Shown here: in pieces, positions 8,449-16,875 of the stretch
Layout of the letters: each line of letters opens with the position of its first letter
Position numbering within the stretch: position 1 is the stretch's first letter
DNA from: a virus
Virus record (IMG/VR): IMGVR_UViG_3300037475_000199
Location: 1-64,000 of that record
Strand: one strand, 5' to 3'
DNA length: 64,000 bases
The notes under the pieces: model-generated
The model's input: only the letters and a program-made list of their open reading frames with translations
Told to the model about the DNA's origin: nothing
Database searches by the model: none
Position numbers and translations under genes: made by a program

Positions 8449-8522
8449 GGGGTCGTAATATAATGAGATTATTTTTCCTTTGCACGGAAAAAATGCGGGT
8501 TTGATTCCCGCCGACTCCACCA
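8449..8522 (+). tRNA. tRNA-Ala (TGC)
   Basis: Acceptor GGGGTCG pairs with CGACTCC and includes the G3:U70 Ala identity pair. Anticodon stem TTTCC/GGAAA with loop TTTGCAC. T-arm GCGGG-TTTGATT-CCCGC. A73 with CCA. Confidence 0.7.
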
Positions 8523-8628
8523 TAACTCTACTATTTAGATATTCATAATCTAGAGTATGAAAGAAATTTCTAAATAAACTGAGTAAAGTTTTATATTAAC
8601 TTTGCCTAACTTGTGACATATAGGTTGC

Positions 8629-9003
8629 ATGGCAAAAGATATTTTAGTAGTTAATAGTCGAGGGCAGCTTATAGATAGAGCTAATGGAATTAAATCCAAT
8701 AATGTTTATTGGGGCGCTACTGGTCATTATATGCCAATCAATCAGGCAACTTCTGGACAAGTGTTGACTATTAATAATAGCGCAGCAAAATGGATAACTA
8801 TTCCGGTAGTTGGACCAACTGGTCCTACAGGAGCCATAGGTCCAACGGGTCCAAGTACAAATTATTTTAATAGTGCTGGAGTAACATTAACTCAAACTAA
8901 TGGGTCATGGACAGTATCTTCAATTGGTGAAGAATATTATATGAAAAAAGTTGAGTTACCAAAATTTAATTCGGTTGTGTTTGGAAGTTTTAGTAATAAA
9001 TAA
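8629..9003 (+). CDS. protein with a short collagen-like G-X-Y tract (structural/fibre-like?)
   Basis: VGPTGPTGAIGPTGPS gives five or six Gly-X-Y triplets. Confidence 0.35.
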   Translation: MAKDILVVNSRGQLIDRANGIKSNNVYWGATGHYMPINQATSGQVLTINNSAAKWITIPVVGPTGPTGAIGPTGPSTNYFNSAGVTLTQTNGSWTVSSIGEEYYMKKVELPKFNSVVFGSFSNK

Positions 9004-9007
9004 ATAT

Positions 9008-9079
9008 TGGGGAATAGACTAATGGCAGGTCCTTTCGCGTTGAACGAAAACGGTGTGGGTTCGAATCCTACTTCCCCAA
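9008..9079 (+). tRNA. tRNA-Gln (TTG) (probable)
   Basis: U1:A72 acceptor, TGGGGAA pairing with TTCCCCA. D-arm GACTAATGGCAGGTC. Anticodon stem TTTCG/CGAAA with loop CGTTGAA. T-arm GTGGG-TTCGAAT-CCTAC. Confidence 0.55.
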
Positions 9080-9228
9080 CAATTAATATTATATAAAAAT
9101 AATTTGGGACATTTTACCACAATAGAAACGATGATTTACGGGACATTTATAGACTTTATTATCTAAGTCATGGTAATAAATATGAATTACATCATGTAAC
9201 TTAGTTATCTTTAACGAGGATAAGTGTA

Positions 9229-9576
9229 ATGTCTCATAAAGCAAATGACCCAGAAGTATTATCAGAAACAGAACTAGAGTTAGTTGAATCTGATAGACAC
9301 GCTGAAGAAAAATATAAGTCTAGAATACATAAAGATATTTTAGGTTTACAAACTGAAAGTGATCTTGTTTTATTTAAACATATTCCTGAAATAGTTCACA
9401 AACTTGATCGTGTAGCTAGTGATATTGTTATTATTAGAGATGATTATACTGATACTAATAGATTAGTACGTAAAATGTATTATGATATGATCCCATCTTT
9501 GCATACAAAGATAGATAATTTAGGTGTAAAATTTGATCTTATTTGTTCTAAATTAAATGAGTTGTTAAATAAATGA
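9229..9576 (+). CDS. hypothetical protein
   Basis: ORF only. Confidence 0.4.
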   Translation: MSHKANDPEVLSETELELVESDRHAEEKYKSRIHKDILGLQTESDLVLFKHIPEIVHKLDRVASDIVIIRDDYTDTNRLVRKMYYDMIPSLHTKIDNLGVKFDLICSKLNELLNK

Positions 9577-9815
9577 TAGTATATTTAATTATATTAATGT
9601 TAGTAATAGCTACTTCAGTTTTAGCAGCAATGTTTTGGACTGTTAGAATTGAATTGAAGCATTTACAAGATAATTTTCAATTAAAACTTTTAGCAAAACA
9701 TATTGCTTTAACAAGAGAGATTGAGGCGTTGACCAAGATAAGATCAAAAGAACTTGATTTTACTGAATTAGATAAAATCATAGAAAACTTAAGAAGGCTC
9801 CACAATGGACAATGA
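9573..9815 (+). CDS. small membrane/coiled-coil protein
   Basis: N-terminal TM MIVYLIILMLVIATSVLAAMFW. ATGA overlap. Confidence 0.4.
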   Translation: MIVYLIILMLVIATSVLAAMFWTVRIELKHLQDNFQLKLLAKHIALTREIEALTKIRSKELDFTELDKIIENLRRLHNGQ

Positions 9816-10110
9816 TCTACTTGAGCGTACAATTGATAAACAAGAATTGTTAGAGAAGTCTTTATTAGAAATAAGAGATTTGGCTTATAATTTTAAATTA
9901 AATCTAAATACATTAGAGCTTGAAAATAGATATTTAAAACAATCTATTGAAGAGATGAAAAAGATTTTAGAAAAAGAAGCTGAAAGAAGAGAGCGTGATT
10001 CACAAGCCAGTAAATCTTCTGCTTCTACTATTCGTGCCGCTCTTATTACTGGAATTTTAGGTTTTGTAACAGCTACAGTGGTTGCTGTTATATCTTTGTT
10101 TAAGCATTAA
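9805..10110 (+). CDS. coiled-coil protein with C-terminal TM anchor
   Basis: C-terminal hydrophobic segment ALITGILGFVTATVVAVISLF. Confidence 0.4.
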   Translation: MDNDLLERTIDKQELLEKSLLEIRDLAYNFKLNLNTLELENRYLKQSIEEMKKILEKEAERRERDSQASKSSASTIRAALITGILGFVTATVVAVISLFKH

Positions 10111-10131
10111 TAACTATTAAGTTGTCACCTG

Positions 10132-10512
10132 ATGACATTAAAAGAAATACTAAATTCCCTGCGTTGTCCATTATGTGAATCACAAGTAGATGGAATCTAT
10201 AGTTATTCACCACGATTTTATTGTGCTACTGAAAAAGATCATTATAATGTATGGTTTAAAGATAATTTAATTAAAAAAGAAACTATTAATTTGTATGATT
10301 ATAATAAATTAATTAAGTATGAGATCATTAAAATTTATGATGGTGACAATATAACAACTAAAGTTGTTATGGAAAATATTGATGCAGAAGGTAGAGAGAT
10401 TTTTACTTTTGAAGATAGAAGTTTTACGATTGGAATGAGTTTGTTTGATTTTAGGAACTTTAATTTAGATACCGCTTTAAATAAAATAAAAACTATTTTA
10501 TTATTTAAATAA
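10132..10512 (+). CDS. hypothetical protein
   Basis: ORF only. Confidence 0.35.
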   Translation: MTLKEILNSLRCPLCESQVDGIYSYSPRFYCATEKDHYNVWFKDNLIKKETINLYDYNKLIKYEIIKIYDGDNITTKVVMENIDAEGREIFTFEDRSFTIGMSLFDFRNFNLDTALNKIKTILLFK

Positions 10513-10536
10513 TATTTGTCTCTTAGGAGAATGCAT

Positions 10537-11430
10537 ATGTCGAAGAAAAATTTAGCCCGCACAGCTATTGAAGGTGGCAGAGCCAATTCAAACAAATGGG
10601 ATCGCCGAAATTCTCATACACAAGAACGTCGTTCAGCCAGAGATTTTTGTAATAAAGCAAAAATTGATCCAGAAATAACTAACGAAGAAAGTGTTGAAAG
10701 CAAAGATAAAGTTTATAAAGAGTTTACCGATAAATTAAGTCCAATGTATCGTTGGCTTAAGTCTAAGGTTGGTGAACCTTGGGATGAAGTTCGCTCTGAA
10801 GTTTTCAAAAAATTTGATAGTCGTACTACTGCTGGTCGTCATATTTTATTTGATCACTTACTTTCTTCTGTTGTTGATACACAAACTGGATTTAATAAAT
10901 ATGGATATATTGTTGACCCAGATATTGAAATAGCTAATAACAATAATAGTGATAGCTACTATTATCGTAGAGCTTATCAAGATTATTATGTTAATCAAGA
11001 TGGTATACTTTGTGAAAGTATTAAAGATCGTATAAAATATGAAAAGATTACTGAAGCGGATTATAGAACAGCTGGTAAATGGTTAAATGGTCGTATGATT
11101 GTAAATAGGGGCGGAGTATTATTTTGGTGCTGCCCAACAGATGGTATTTGGATGGCTTCTTGGATTAAACCCGATAAACTATTTGATCATTTTGGAAATA
11201 AATTAAAATATTATTTGTTTGATAATGGACTATATACTTTAACTACATTTATAGGTTGGGAAGGAAGTCCTAAATTCACTGGTAGAACTCATGGAGATCA
11301 TTGGGAATTGATTGAAAATCCTTTCTCTTTTCGTCAAAGAGGTCCATTATCTGAAGAAGAATTAAAACAATTTAAATCTTTAAAGAAAAGATTTCAAAAG
11401 GAAATTTTGGAGTTTTCTAAAGGAAGATAA
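10537..11430 (+). CDS. hypothetical protein
   Basis: Start taken at ATG 10537, downstream of AGGAGA. No recognisable motif. Confidence 0.4.
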   Translation: MSKKNLARTAIEGGRANSNKWDRRNSHTQERRSARDFCNKAKIDPEITNEESVESKDKVYKEFTDKLSPMYRWLKSKVGEPWDEVRSEVFKKFDSRTTAGRHILFDHLLSSVVDTQTGFNKYGYIVDPDIEIANNNNSDSYYYRRAYQDYYVNQDGILCESIKDRIKYEKITEADYRTAGKWLNGRMIVNRGGVLFWCCPTDGIWMASWIKPDKLFDHFGNKLKYYLFDNGLYTLTTFIGWEGSPKFTGRTHGDHWELIENPFSFRQRGPLSEEELKQFKSLKKRFQKEILEFSKGR

Positions 11431-11457
11431 TATAATCAATATCTTGCCATATTAAGT

Positions 11458-12033
11458 ATGAGTAAGTACTCTGAGATATTAGAACAAGCCGATTTATTCT
11501 GTTTTGCTGTTGTTAGCAAGGTTTTTGGACCCTATAAACGCGAATCAGATGGTCGTCAAATTGTTATTATTAGAGATGAAAGCGGAAATACAAGAACTGT
11601 TTCATATCCTAAATATTTAATGGAACAACATTTAAATAGAGTACTTGATCCTGATAAACACACAGTTGATCATTGGGACTCTAATAAAGATAATAATGAT
11701 ATTAGTAATCTTCGAATTATGCCAAGAGATGAGCATTCCAGAGAAGACACTCGCAGAGTTAAATTAGTAAAATTTAAATGTAAATTATGTGACAAAGAGT
11801 TTGAAAGATCTCCTCGTCTTATTAGAGATAAGGCTAAGAAGAATAAAGCTGGACCCTTTTGCTCTAGACCATGCGCTGGGCGTTACAGTCGAAAGTTACA
11901 ACTTAAGCTGATAGACAAGCTGGGTCCACAGCCAATGGTTGACAGCGAATATTATAAAAAGAAATACGCATCCTCTTACGTTGATGTAGAAAATTTATTT
12001 ATAGATTATTTTTGTGATATTTGGGAAGAATAA
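11458..12033 (+). CDS. HNH homing endonuclease
   Basis: TVDHWDSNKDNNDISNLRIMPRDEH is an HNH motif. A CKLC...CSRPC zinc ribbon follows. Confidence 0.6.
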   Translation: MSKYSEILEQADLFCFAVVSKVFGPYKRESDGRQIVIIRDESGNTRTVSYPKYLMEQHLNRVLDPDKHTVDHWDSNKDNNDISNLRIMPRDEHSREDTRRVKLVKFKCKLCDKEFERSPRLIRDKAKKNKAGPFCSRPCAGRYSRKLQLKLIDKLGPQPMVDSEYYKKKYASSYVDVENLFIDYFCDIWEE

Positions 12034-12050
12034 AATAAAATTATTTGCTC

Positions 12051-12079
12051 TTGACATTTAATTATTAGTAATTAAGTTT
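12051..12079 (+). promoter_or_regulatory. possible sigma70-like promoter (TTGACA at 12051; weak -10)
   Basis: Exact TTGACA at 12051-12056, followed after about 17 nt by an A/T-rich hexamer (TAAGTT/AAGTTT). It lies upstream of the NADAR gene. Confidence 0.25.
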
Positions 12080-12094
12080 CCATTTGGAGAATTA

Positions 12095-12592
12095 ATGAAT
12101 AAATACAATTATACAATTAAAGATAACTACTTATTATTTTGGAGTGGTCACTTTTCTAATTGGTATCCCGCCTCATTTATTATAGGATCAATGACATTTA
12201 ATTGTGTTGAACAATATATGATGTACATGAAAGCTAAAACTTTTAATGACCAAGAGACTATGGATAAAGTTATGGCAACTTTAGATGCTAAAGAACAAAA
12301 GAAATTGGGTCGTGGAGTTAAAAACTTCAACCCTGTTGCTTGGGATCTTGTAAAGGAAGAAGTTGTTTATGATGGTTGTTTTGCTAAATATTTACAAAAC
12401 TTAGATCTTAAAGAAGATATTATTAAAACAAATGATTTAATGCTTGTTGAAGCATCTCCATATGATAAGATTTGGGGAATTGGAATGAGCGCAAAAGATC
12501 CTGATGTCACTGATGAAAGTAAGTGGAAGGGTGAAAATTTATTAGGCAAAGCCTTAATGAAAGTTCGAAATAAATTAAAAGGAAACGCATGA
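12095..12592 (+). CDS. NADAR (DUF1768/YbiA-like) domain protein, copy 1
   Basis: FWSGHFSNWYPASF...CVEQYMMYMKA...LLGKALMKVR matches the NADAR signature (F...S.FSNF...F.....EH.yQa.K). Confidence 0.55.
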   Translation: MNKYNYTIKDNYLLFWSGHFSNWYPASFIIGSMTFNCVEQYMMYMKAKTFNDQETMDKVMATLDAKEQKKLGRGVKNFNPVAWDLVKEEVVYDGCFAKYLQNLDLKEDIIKTNDLMLVEASPYDKIWGIGMSAKDPDVTDESKWKGENLLGKALMKVRNKLKGNA

Positions 12593-12951
12593 GCATTGAG
12601 AAATTTGATGATTTAATTGGCAAGACATTTGTAGAAGTTAAAAATGATAATTATGATGAATTAGTTTTTAAACTAAAAGATGGTAGTGGATATAAATTTT
12701 ATCATTCACAAGACTGTTGTGAAAGTGTATCAATTGAAGACATTATTGGAGATCTTTCTGATTTATGTGGATCCCCAATAATAGAGGCAGAGGAAATTTC
12801 TTCTGAACCACCAAGACAAGAATATAATCATGAGTCATGTACTTGGACATTTTATAGATTCTCTACTGTTAAAGGAACTGTAACTGTTCGTTGGTTAGGA
12901 ATTTCCAATGGTTATTATTCTGAAAGTGTATCTTTCGGAGAATTTAAATGA
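12589..12951 (+). CDS. hypothetical protein
   Basis: ATGA overlap. Confidence 0.4.
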   Translation: MSIEKFDDLIGKTFVEVKNDNYDELVFKLKDGSGYKFYHSQDCCESVSIEDIIGDLSDLCGSPIIEAEEISSEPPRQEYNHESCTWTFYRFSTVKGTVTVRWLGISNGYYSESVSFGEFK

Positions 12952-13268
12952 AAAAAGATACTTTAAAAGATTTTTTTCGTGGTTGGTTCATTGGTAATTT
13001 TAGCCCAACTCTTATTAAAACTAATGAAGTGGAAATTGGAGTGAAAAGATATAAGGCAGGAAATTCTGAAGCAGCTCATCATCATAAGATAGCTACTGAA
13101 ATAACAGTTATTATTTCTGGGGAAGTAGAAATGAATGGCGTTAAGTATGTTGAAGATGATATTATTGTAATTGACCCCAATGATAGTACAGACTTTAAAT
13201 GTCTTACCGACGTTGTAACCGTGGTAGTTAAATATCCTGGTGCAAACAACGACAAATATGTTGATTAA
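12948..13268 (+). CDS. cupin-fold small protein
   Basis: G.K.......AAHHHKIATEITVIISGEVEM.G matches the cupin two-His pattern. Confidence 0.4.
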   Translation: MKKDTLKDFFRGWFIGNFSPTLIKTNEVEIGVKRYKAGNSEAAHHHKIATEITVIISGEVEMNGVKYVEDDIIVIDPNDSTDFKCLTDVVTVVVKYPGANNDKYVD

Positions 13269-13298
13269 TTTTTAAAATATTTGAATAGTTGACAGTGC

Positions 13299-13326
13299 CT
13301 TTCGAGTGATTATCTTGTCAGCGTAA
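13299..13326 (+). promoter_or_regulatory. sigma70-like promoter (TTGACA-16-TATCTT)
   Basis: TTGACA at 13299-13304, a 16-nt spacer, then TATCTT. Upstream of the gene at 13367. Confidence 0.35.
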
Positions 13327-13366
13327 ATGGTAGAAATACCCAAATTTTATTTAATTGGAGTTTATT

Positions 13367-13663
13367 ATGAGTAAAGAAGTTGATTCTATGTTGGAAGAGA
13401 TTGGTAATGTGTTAAGAGCTACTGAGACAAATCTTGATAGCTTAAATAGTGGGGAGCGCATTCAAATTAAAGATTTGGCTGCTGCCGTGGGCTTGGCTAC
13501 TGCTAAAGAGCCAAAGCATGTTATGCCTTTTGTTAATCATTTCGTTCACAATACCACTTTAGCTTATGTCACTCGTGGCAAGAATGGTGGCATTATAAAG
13601 GGAAGTAAGCCTGCTAAAGTAATAAAAGCTGGTAAAAAAACTGACCCTACTGAAACTGTTTGA
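13367..13663 (+). CDS. hypothetical protein
   Basis: ATG 13367 with the TGGAG Shine-Dalgarno. The track's start at 13355 is a TTG. Confidence 0.4.
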   Translation: MSKEVDSMLEEIGNVLRATETNLDSLNSGERIQIKDLAAAVGLATAKEPKHVMPFVNHFVHNTTLAYVTRGKNGGIIKGSKPAKVIKAGKKTDPTETV

Positions 13664-13687
13664 AACTTAAAGTTTCTTGGTTAAGAA

Positions 13688-13716
13688 GGCTGGCTTTGGT
13701 CCAGCCTTTTCTTTTT
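13688..13716 (+). terminator. intrinsic terminator
   Basis: GGCTGG-CTTTGGT-CCAGCC hairpin followed by TTTTCTTTTT. Confidence 0.6.
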
Positions 13717-13729
13717 GAGGATTAAATTT

Positions 13730-15007
13730 ATGAAGACTATTAATATTATTGGCGGCGGCACCGTATCTTATATTAGAAATCATTTAGCATTATGTGCTCC
13801 AGCTTATGGTAGTACAGCTAAAAAACTTGAGAAGTTGTGTCGACAAAAGAATTCTCGAGCTAATAATAAAGCTTATGGAATCTATTGCCATTTAACTAAA
13901 ATGGCTGATTCAACCTCTGACCTGGAAACTAATGAAGATATTTCTAATTTATTAGATAAATTAATTGCAAATCCAGATACCAAAATTATTTTCTTTAATC
14001 CAGCCTTAGTTGATTTTAATGGAAGCATTGCCCCAGAAAAAGAATGGAATGTAGATTGGGAAACAGGATCTATTTCTGGTAAATATGAAAGTAGACTAAA
14101 AACATCTGAGGGCTCTCAATTAATGCTGCTCACTCCGGCAGAGAAATTAGTTTCAAAAATTCGTAAGCAACGTAAAGATATTTTTCTTGTAGCCTTTAAG
14201 ACTACTTGTGGTGCCACAGCAGACGAGCAGTTTTTAACTGGCTTGCACTTACTCAAGTCTTCTAGCTGTAACCTTGTTGTAGCCAATGATACTAAAACTA
14301 GACTTAATATGATTATTACTCCAGAACAAGCCCGCTACTCCGTTACTACAAATAGAGATGAGATGTTATCTGAGTTAGTCGATATGACTTTGGCTAGAGC
14401 AAATTTAACCTTTACAAAATCTACAGTAGTAGAAGGGGATACAGTTTCATGGTCTGCCAAAGCAGTTCCTGATTCTTTGAGAACAGTCGTAGATCATTGT
14501 ATTACTAAAGGCGCTTACAAACCATTTAATGGATCAACAGTTGGACATTTTGCTGTTAAGATTGATGATAATATTTTCTTAACCTCTAAGAGAAAAACAA
14601 ATTTTAATAATTTAAATAAGGTTGGGTTGGTAAAAGTTGAATCTAGTGGTCCTGATGAGGTCGTGGCTTATGGCAGTAAACCAAGTGTGGGCGGGCAGTC
14701 GCAGAGGATTGTTTTTAAGGATCATCCGGAGATGGATTGTATTGTTCATTTTCATTGCCCTCAGAAGGGCTTAGACGTTCCTGTAAGACCTCAGAAGTTT
14801 TTTGAGTGTGGTAGTCATGAGTGTGGCGAAAACACTTCTAAAGGGTTAGCAGAGGTTGTTTCGGGCATTAAATGTGTTTATTTGGACAATCATGGTCCCA
14901 ATATTGTTTTCAATAGAAATATTGATCCACAAAAGGTAATTAATTTTATTGAAGAGAATTTTGATTTATCTCAAGCTACCGATGAAATAAACAGGAATAA
15001 TTTATGA
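13730..15007 (+). CDS. hypothetical Rossmann-like protein (weak CoaB/flavoprotein-family resemblance) with C-terminal Cys/His cluster
   Basis: ATG 13730 after GAGGA. N-terminal IIGGGTVSYIRNHLALCAPAYGSTA is a glycine loop followed by Y-I-x-N-H. C-terminal CIVHFHCPQ...ECGSHECGE. Confidence 0.35.
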   Translation: MKTINIIGGGTVSYIRNHLALCAPAYGSTAKKLEKLCRQKNSRANNKAYGIYCHLTKMADSTSDLETNEDISNLLDKLIANPDTKIIFFNPALVDFNGSIAPEKEWNVDWETGSISGKYESRLKTSEGSQLMLLTPAEKLVSKIRKQRKDIFLVAFKTTCGATADEQFLTGLHLLKSSSCNLVVANDTKTRLNMIITPEQARYSVTTNRDEMLSELVDMTLARANLTFTKSTVVEGDTVSWSAKAVPDSLRTVVDHCITKGAYKPFNGSTVGHFAVKIDDNIFLTSKRKTNFNNLNKVGLVKVESSGPDEVVAYGSKPSVGGQSQRIVFKDHPEMDCIVHFHCPQKGLDVPVRPQKFFECGSHECGENTSKGLAEVVSGIKCVYLDNHGPNIVFNRNIDPQKVINFIEENFDLSQATDEINRNNL

Positions 15008-15228
15008 GTCCTTGGGGAAAATTTTATTTAGAAACAATGGACTTTCGCCCTGATGCGTGGGCTCCATTTCATTCATGGCGAATGCATTATTTAATGGGAG
15101 AAATAGTTGAACGTTGGGGTTGGCGAGTTTCTAGGCACTTAGATCTATTATATAGAGAATTATATAATGAAGAAGATTTAATAATTGGATATAATAGAGA
15201 TAAGCAATATTATTGGCTTAGAAAGTAA
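15004..15228 (+). CDS. small Trp-rich hypothetical protein
   Basis: ATGA overlap. The ORF encodes five Trp. Confidence 0.35.
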   Translation: MSPWGKFYLETMDFRPDAWAPFHSWRMHYLMGEIVERWGWRVSRHLDLLYRELYNEEDLIIGYNRDKQYYWLRK

Positions 15229-15230
15229 AC

Positions 15231-15746
15231 ATGGTAACAAAACTTGAAATAGAAAGAAAATACTTAGTAAAATTCCCAGACTCCTGGTCGAGTTTGTCTG
15301 CCCTATTTGATCAACTGGTGGATGTTAAAAGAATATCACAAACTTATTTAAAACCCAAAGAAGGTGAACCTTCAGGTAGAGTTAGAAAAACTATTCAAGG
15401 ATTGACTGGAGATACTGATACGGTGTATCATTACAATCAAAAGCATTTCGTTGAAGCAGGTGTTAATAAAGAGACAGAAAAAGAAATTACCCGTAAACAA
15501 TACGAAAAATATTTAGAAAATCCGCTTCCTAATAAATTTACTTTAGAGAAAACCAGATTTGTTTTTAAATATAAAGATCAGTGCTTTGAGTTAGATGTTT
15601 TTAAGGGACCACTTAAAGGGCTGGCTATTTTAGAGATAGAACTTAAAAATAAAAAACAAAAAGTAGAATTGCCTCCTTATTTAAAAATAATTAAAGAAGT
15701 TACTAGTGATAAAAAATATAATAATTTTTCACTTTGTGAAAAATGA
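15231..15746 (+). CDS. CYTH-domain (CyaB/ThTPase-type triphosphate tunnel metalloenzyme) protein
   Basis: N-terminal LEIERKYLV is the hallmark ExExK start of CYTH. Size about 170 aa. Confidence 0.5.
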   Translation: MVTKLEIERKYLVKFPDSWSSLSALFDQLVDVKRISQTYLKPKEGEPSGRVRKTIQGLTGDTDTVYHYNQKHFVEAGVNKETEKEITRKQYEKYLENPLPNKFTLEKTRFVFKYKDQCFELDVFKGPLKGLAILEIELKNKKQKVELPPYLKIIKEVTSDKKYNNFSLCEK

Positions 15747-15811
15747 AGTCTTTTAATAAAGAGAAATATCCTTAACTTGAACTCTATTAATAGATTGATA
15801 TAATAATATAT

Positions 15812-15888
15812 GTCGTGGTAGCTCAGCCTGATAGAGCAGCGGATTGCAAACCCGCCGGTCGAAAGTTTAAATCTTTCCCACGACTCCA
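15812..15888 (+). tRNA. tRNA-Cys (GCA)
   Basis: Acceptor GTCGTGG pairs with CCACGAC. D-arm GCTCAGCCTGATAGAGC. Anticodon loop TTGCAAA. T-arm GAAAG-TTTAAAT-CTTTC. U73 with CCA. Confidence 0.7.
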
Positions 15889-15890
15889 AT

Positions 15891-15980
15891 GGAAATTTGA
15901 TCGAGCGGTTTATGATGTTAGTCTAGAAAACTAATGGAGGTGAAAGTCTCCCGAAGGTTCGAATCCTTCAATTTCCACCA
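15891..15980 (+). tRNA. type II tRNA (Ser/Leu class; anticodon ambiguous, loop CTAGAAA reads AGA)
   Basis: Acceptor GGAAATT pairs with AATTTCC. Anticodon stem TTAGT/ACTAA. Long variable arm GGAGGTGAAAGTCTCC. T-arm GAAGG-TTCGAAT-CCTTC. A73 with CCA. Confidence 0.55.
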
Positions 15981-15986
15981 TATAAT

Positions 15987-16078
15987 GGAAGGTAAATTAA
16001 CCAGGGTGTTGACCTAGTTTTGAAAACTAGTGGCTCCTTTGATAGGGAGTGCGTTTCGATTACTGCTACCTTCCTCCA
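15987..16078 (+). tRNA. tRNA-Ser (TGA), type II
   Basis: Acceptor GGAAGGT pairs with ACCTTCC. Anticodon stem CTAGT/ACTAG with loop TTTGAAA. Long variable arm. CCA present. Confidence 0.65.
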
Positions 16079-16082
16079 AAAT

Positions 16083-16177
16083 ATAAAGTTGCGTGAGTGG
16101 ATTAAACGATCACCCGAGTCAGGGTGAGAAAGAACTTATAAAAAGTCTTTCCAAAAGTTCGAATCTTTTACTTTATA
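16083..16177 (+). tRNA. aberrant type II tRNA-like gene (18-nt anticodon arm; possible 8-nt loop; pseudogene?)
   Basis: Acceptor ATAAAGT pairs with ACTTTAT. Three-bp D-stem CGT/ACG. Anticodon region TCACCCGAGTCAGGGTGA. Long variable hairpin GAAAGA...TCTTTC. T-arm AAAAG-TTCGAAT-CTTTT. No CCA. Confidence 0.35.
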
Positions 16178-16182
16178 TTTAT

Positions 16183-16271
16183 GGAAAGTAAATCAGCCAG
16201 GGCGCTGAATCTGTTTGCTAAACAGAATGTACCTTTATAGGTATTCGTTTCAAGTACGATGCTTTCCTCCA
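16183..16271 (+). tRNA. tRNA-Ser (GCT), type II
   Basis: Acceptor GGAAAGT pairs with GCTTTCC. Anticodon stem TCTGT/ACAGA with loop TTGCTAA. Variable hairpin GTACC...GGTAT. T-loop TTCAAGT. CCA present. Confidence 0.6.
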
Positions 16272-16298
16272 TAGTGCTCTTCAAAGAAAGAGTATAAC

Positions 16299-16709
16299 AT
16301 GTATTATACGTTACTAGTTTTTTTAGGTGTTGTTTTATACGGCATAGCTGCCTTCACCAGAAAACTAAGTGTAGAACAGATTAATCCATATCAAATACAA
16401 CTTATTTCTTGCATTGTTCATGCCGTTTTAATTCCAATACTAATGTATTTGGCTCCTAACAATAAGAACTTTAATACTTATAGTGTAGGCATGGCATCAC
16501 TTACAACTCTACTTGGAATAGGTGGAGGCTTAGCTTTTAGTTATTTGTTAAGAGGAAATGCAAATGCAGGGGTTGTTTCCGCTTTACTTGGAATTAGTCC
16601 GGTAGTTACTATTGCATTATCATATTTCTTTTATCATGATACAATTTCTGTTTGGAAATGTTTTGCATTTTTCTTTGCGATTTTAAGTGTGATTATGGTA
16701 AATTACTGA
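16299..16709 (+). CDS. small multi-pass membrane protein (EamA/SMR-like, 4 TM)
   Basis: Four hydrophobic segments across 136 aa. Confidence 0.4.
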   Translation: MYYTLLVFLGVVLYGIAAFTRKLSVEQINPYQIQLISCIVHAVLIPILMYLAPNNKNFNTYSVGMASLTTLLGIGGGLAFSYLLRGNANAGVVSALLGISPVVTIALSYFFYHDTISVWKCFAFFFAILSVIMVNY

Positions 16710-16727
16710 TATAAATATATAACTTAT

Positions 16728-16800
16728 AGGGCATAGTCAAGGTGATAATGGAGCCTCCAAAACTCCAGAAGGTCGGGTTCGATTCCCCCGTGCCCTGCCA
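16728..16800 (+). tRNA. tRNA-like gene (anticodon undetermined)
   Basis: T-arm TCGGG-TTCGATT-CCCCC. Acceptor AGGGCAT pairs with GTGCCCT. G73 with CCA. The central D and anticodon region does not fold canonically. Confidence 0.4.
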
Positions 16801-16875
16801 ATTAATTATTAATTCATTATGCCTTGACTGGCATTTTATAAAAATTATACTATTAAAACATTTAAAGGATTAAAT

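Noticed and set aside
8523-8628. Imperfect inverted repeat ACTCTA...TAGAGT downstream of tRNA-Ala considered as a terminator or operator.
   Set aside because: The stems are short and conflict with each other. There is no T-run. It is not distinguishable from chance in AT-rich DNA.
8800-8880. GPTGPTGAIGPTGPS periodic tract considered as a possible DNA repeat or CRISPR-like array.
   Set aside because: The periodicity is 9 nt and coding (Gly-X-Y) inside an ORF. There are no spacer-repeat units. No CRISPR array is present anywhere in the window.
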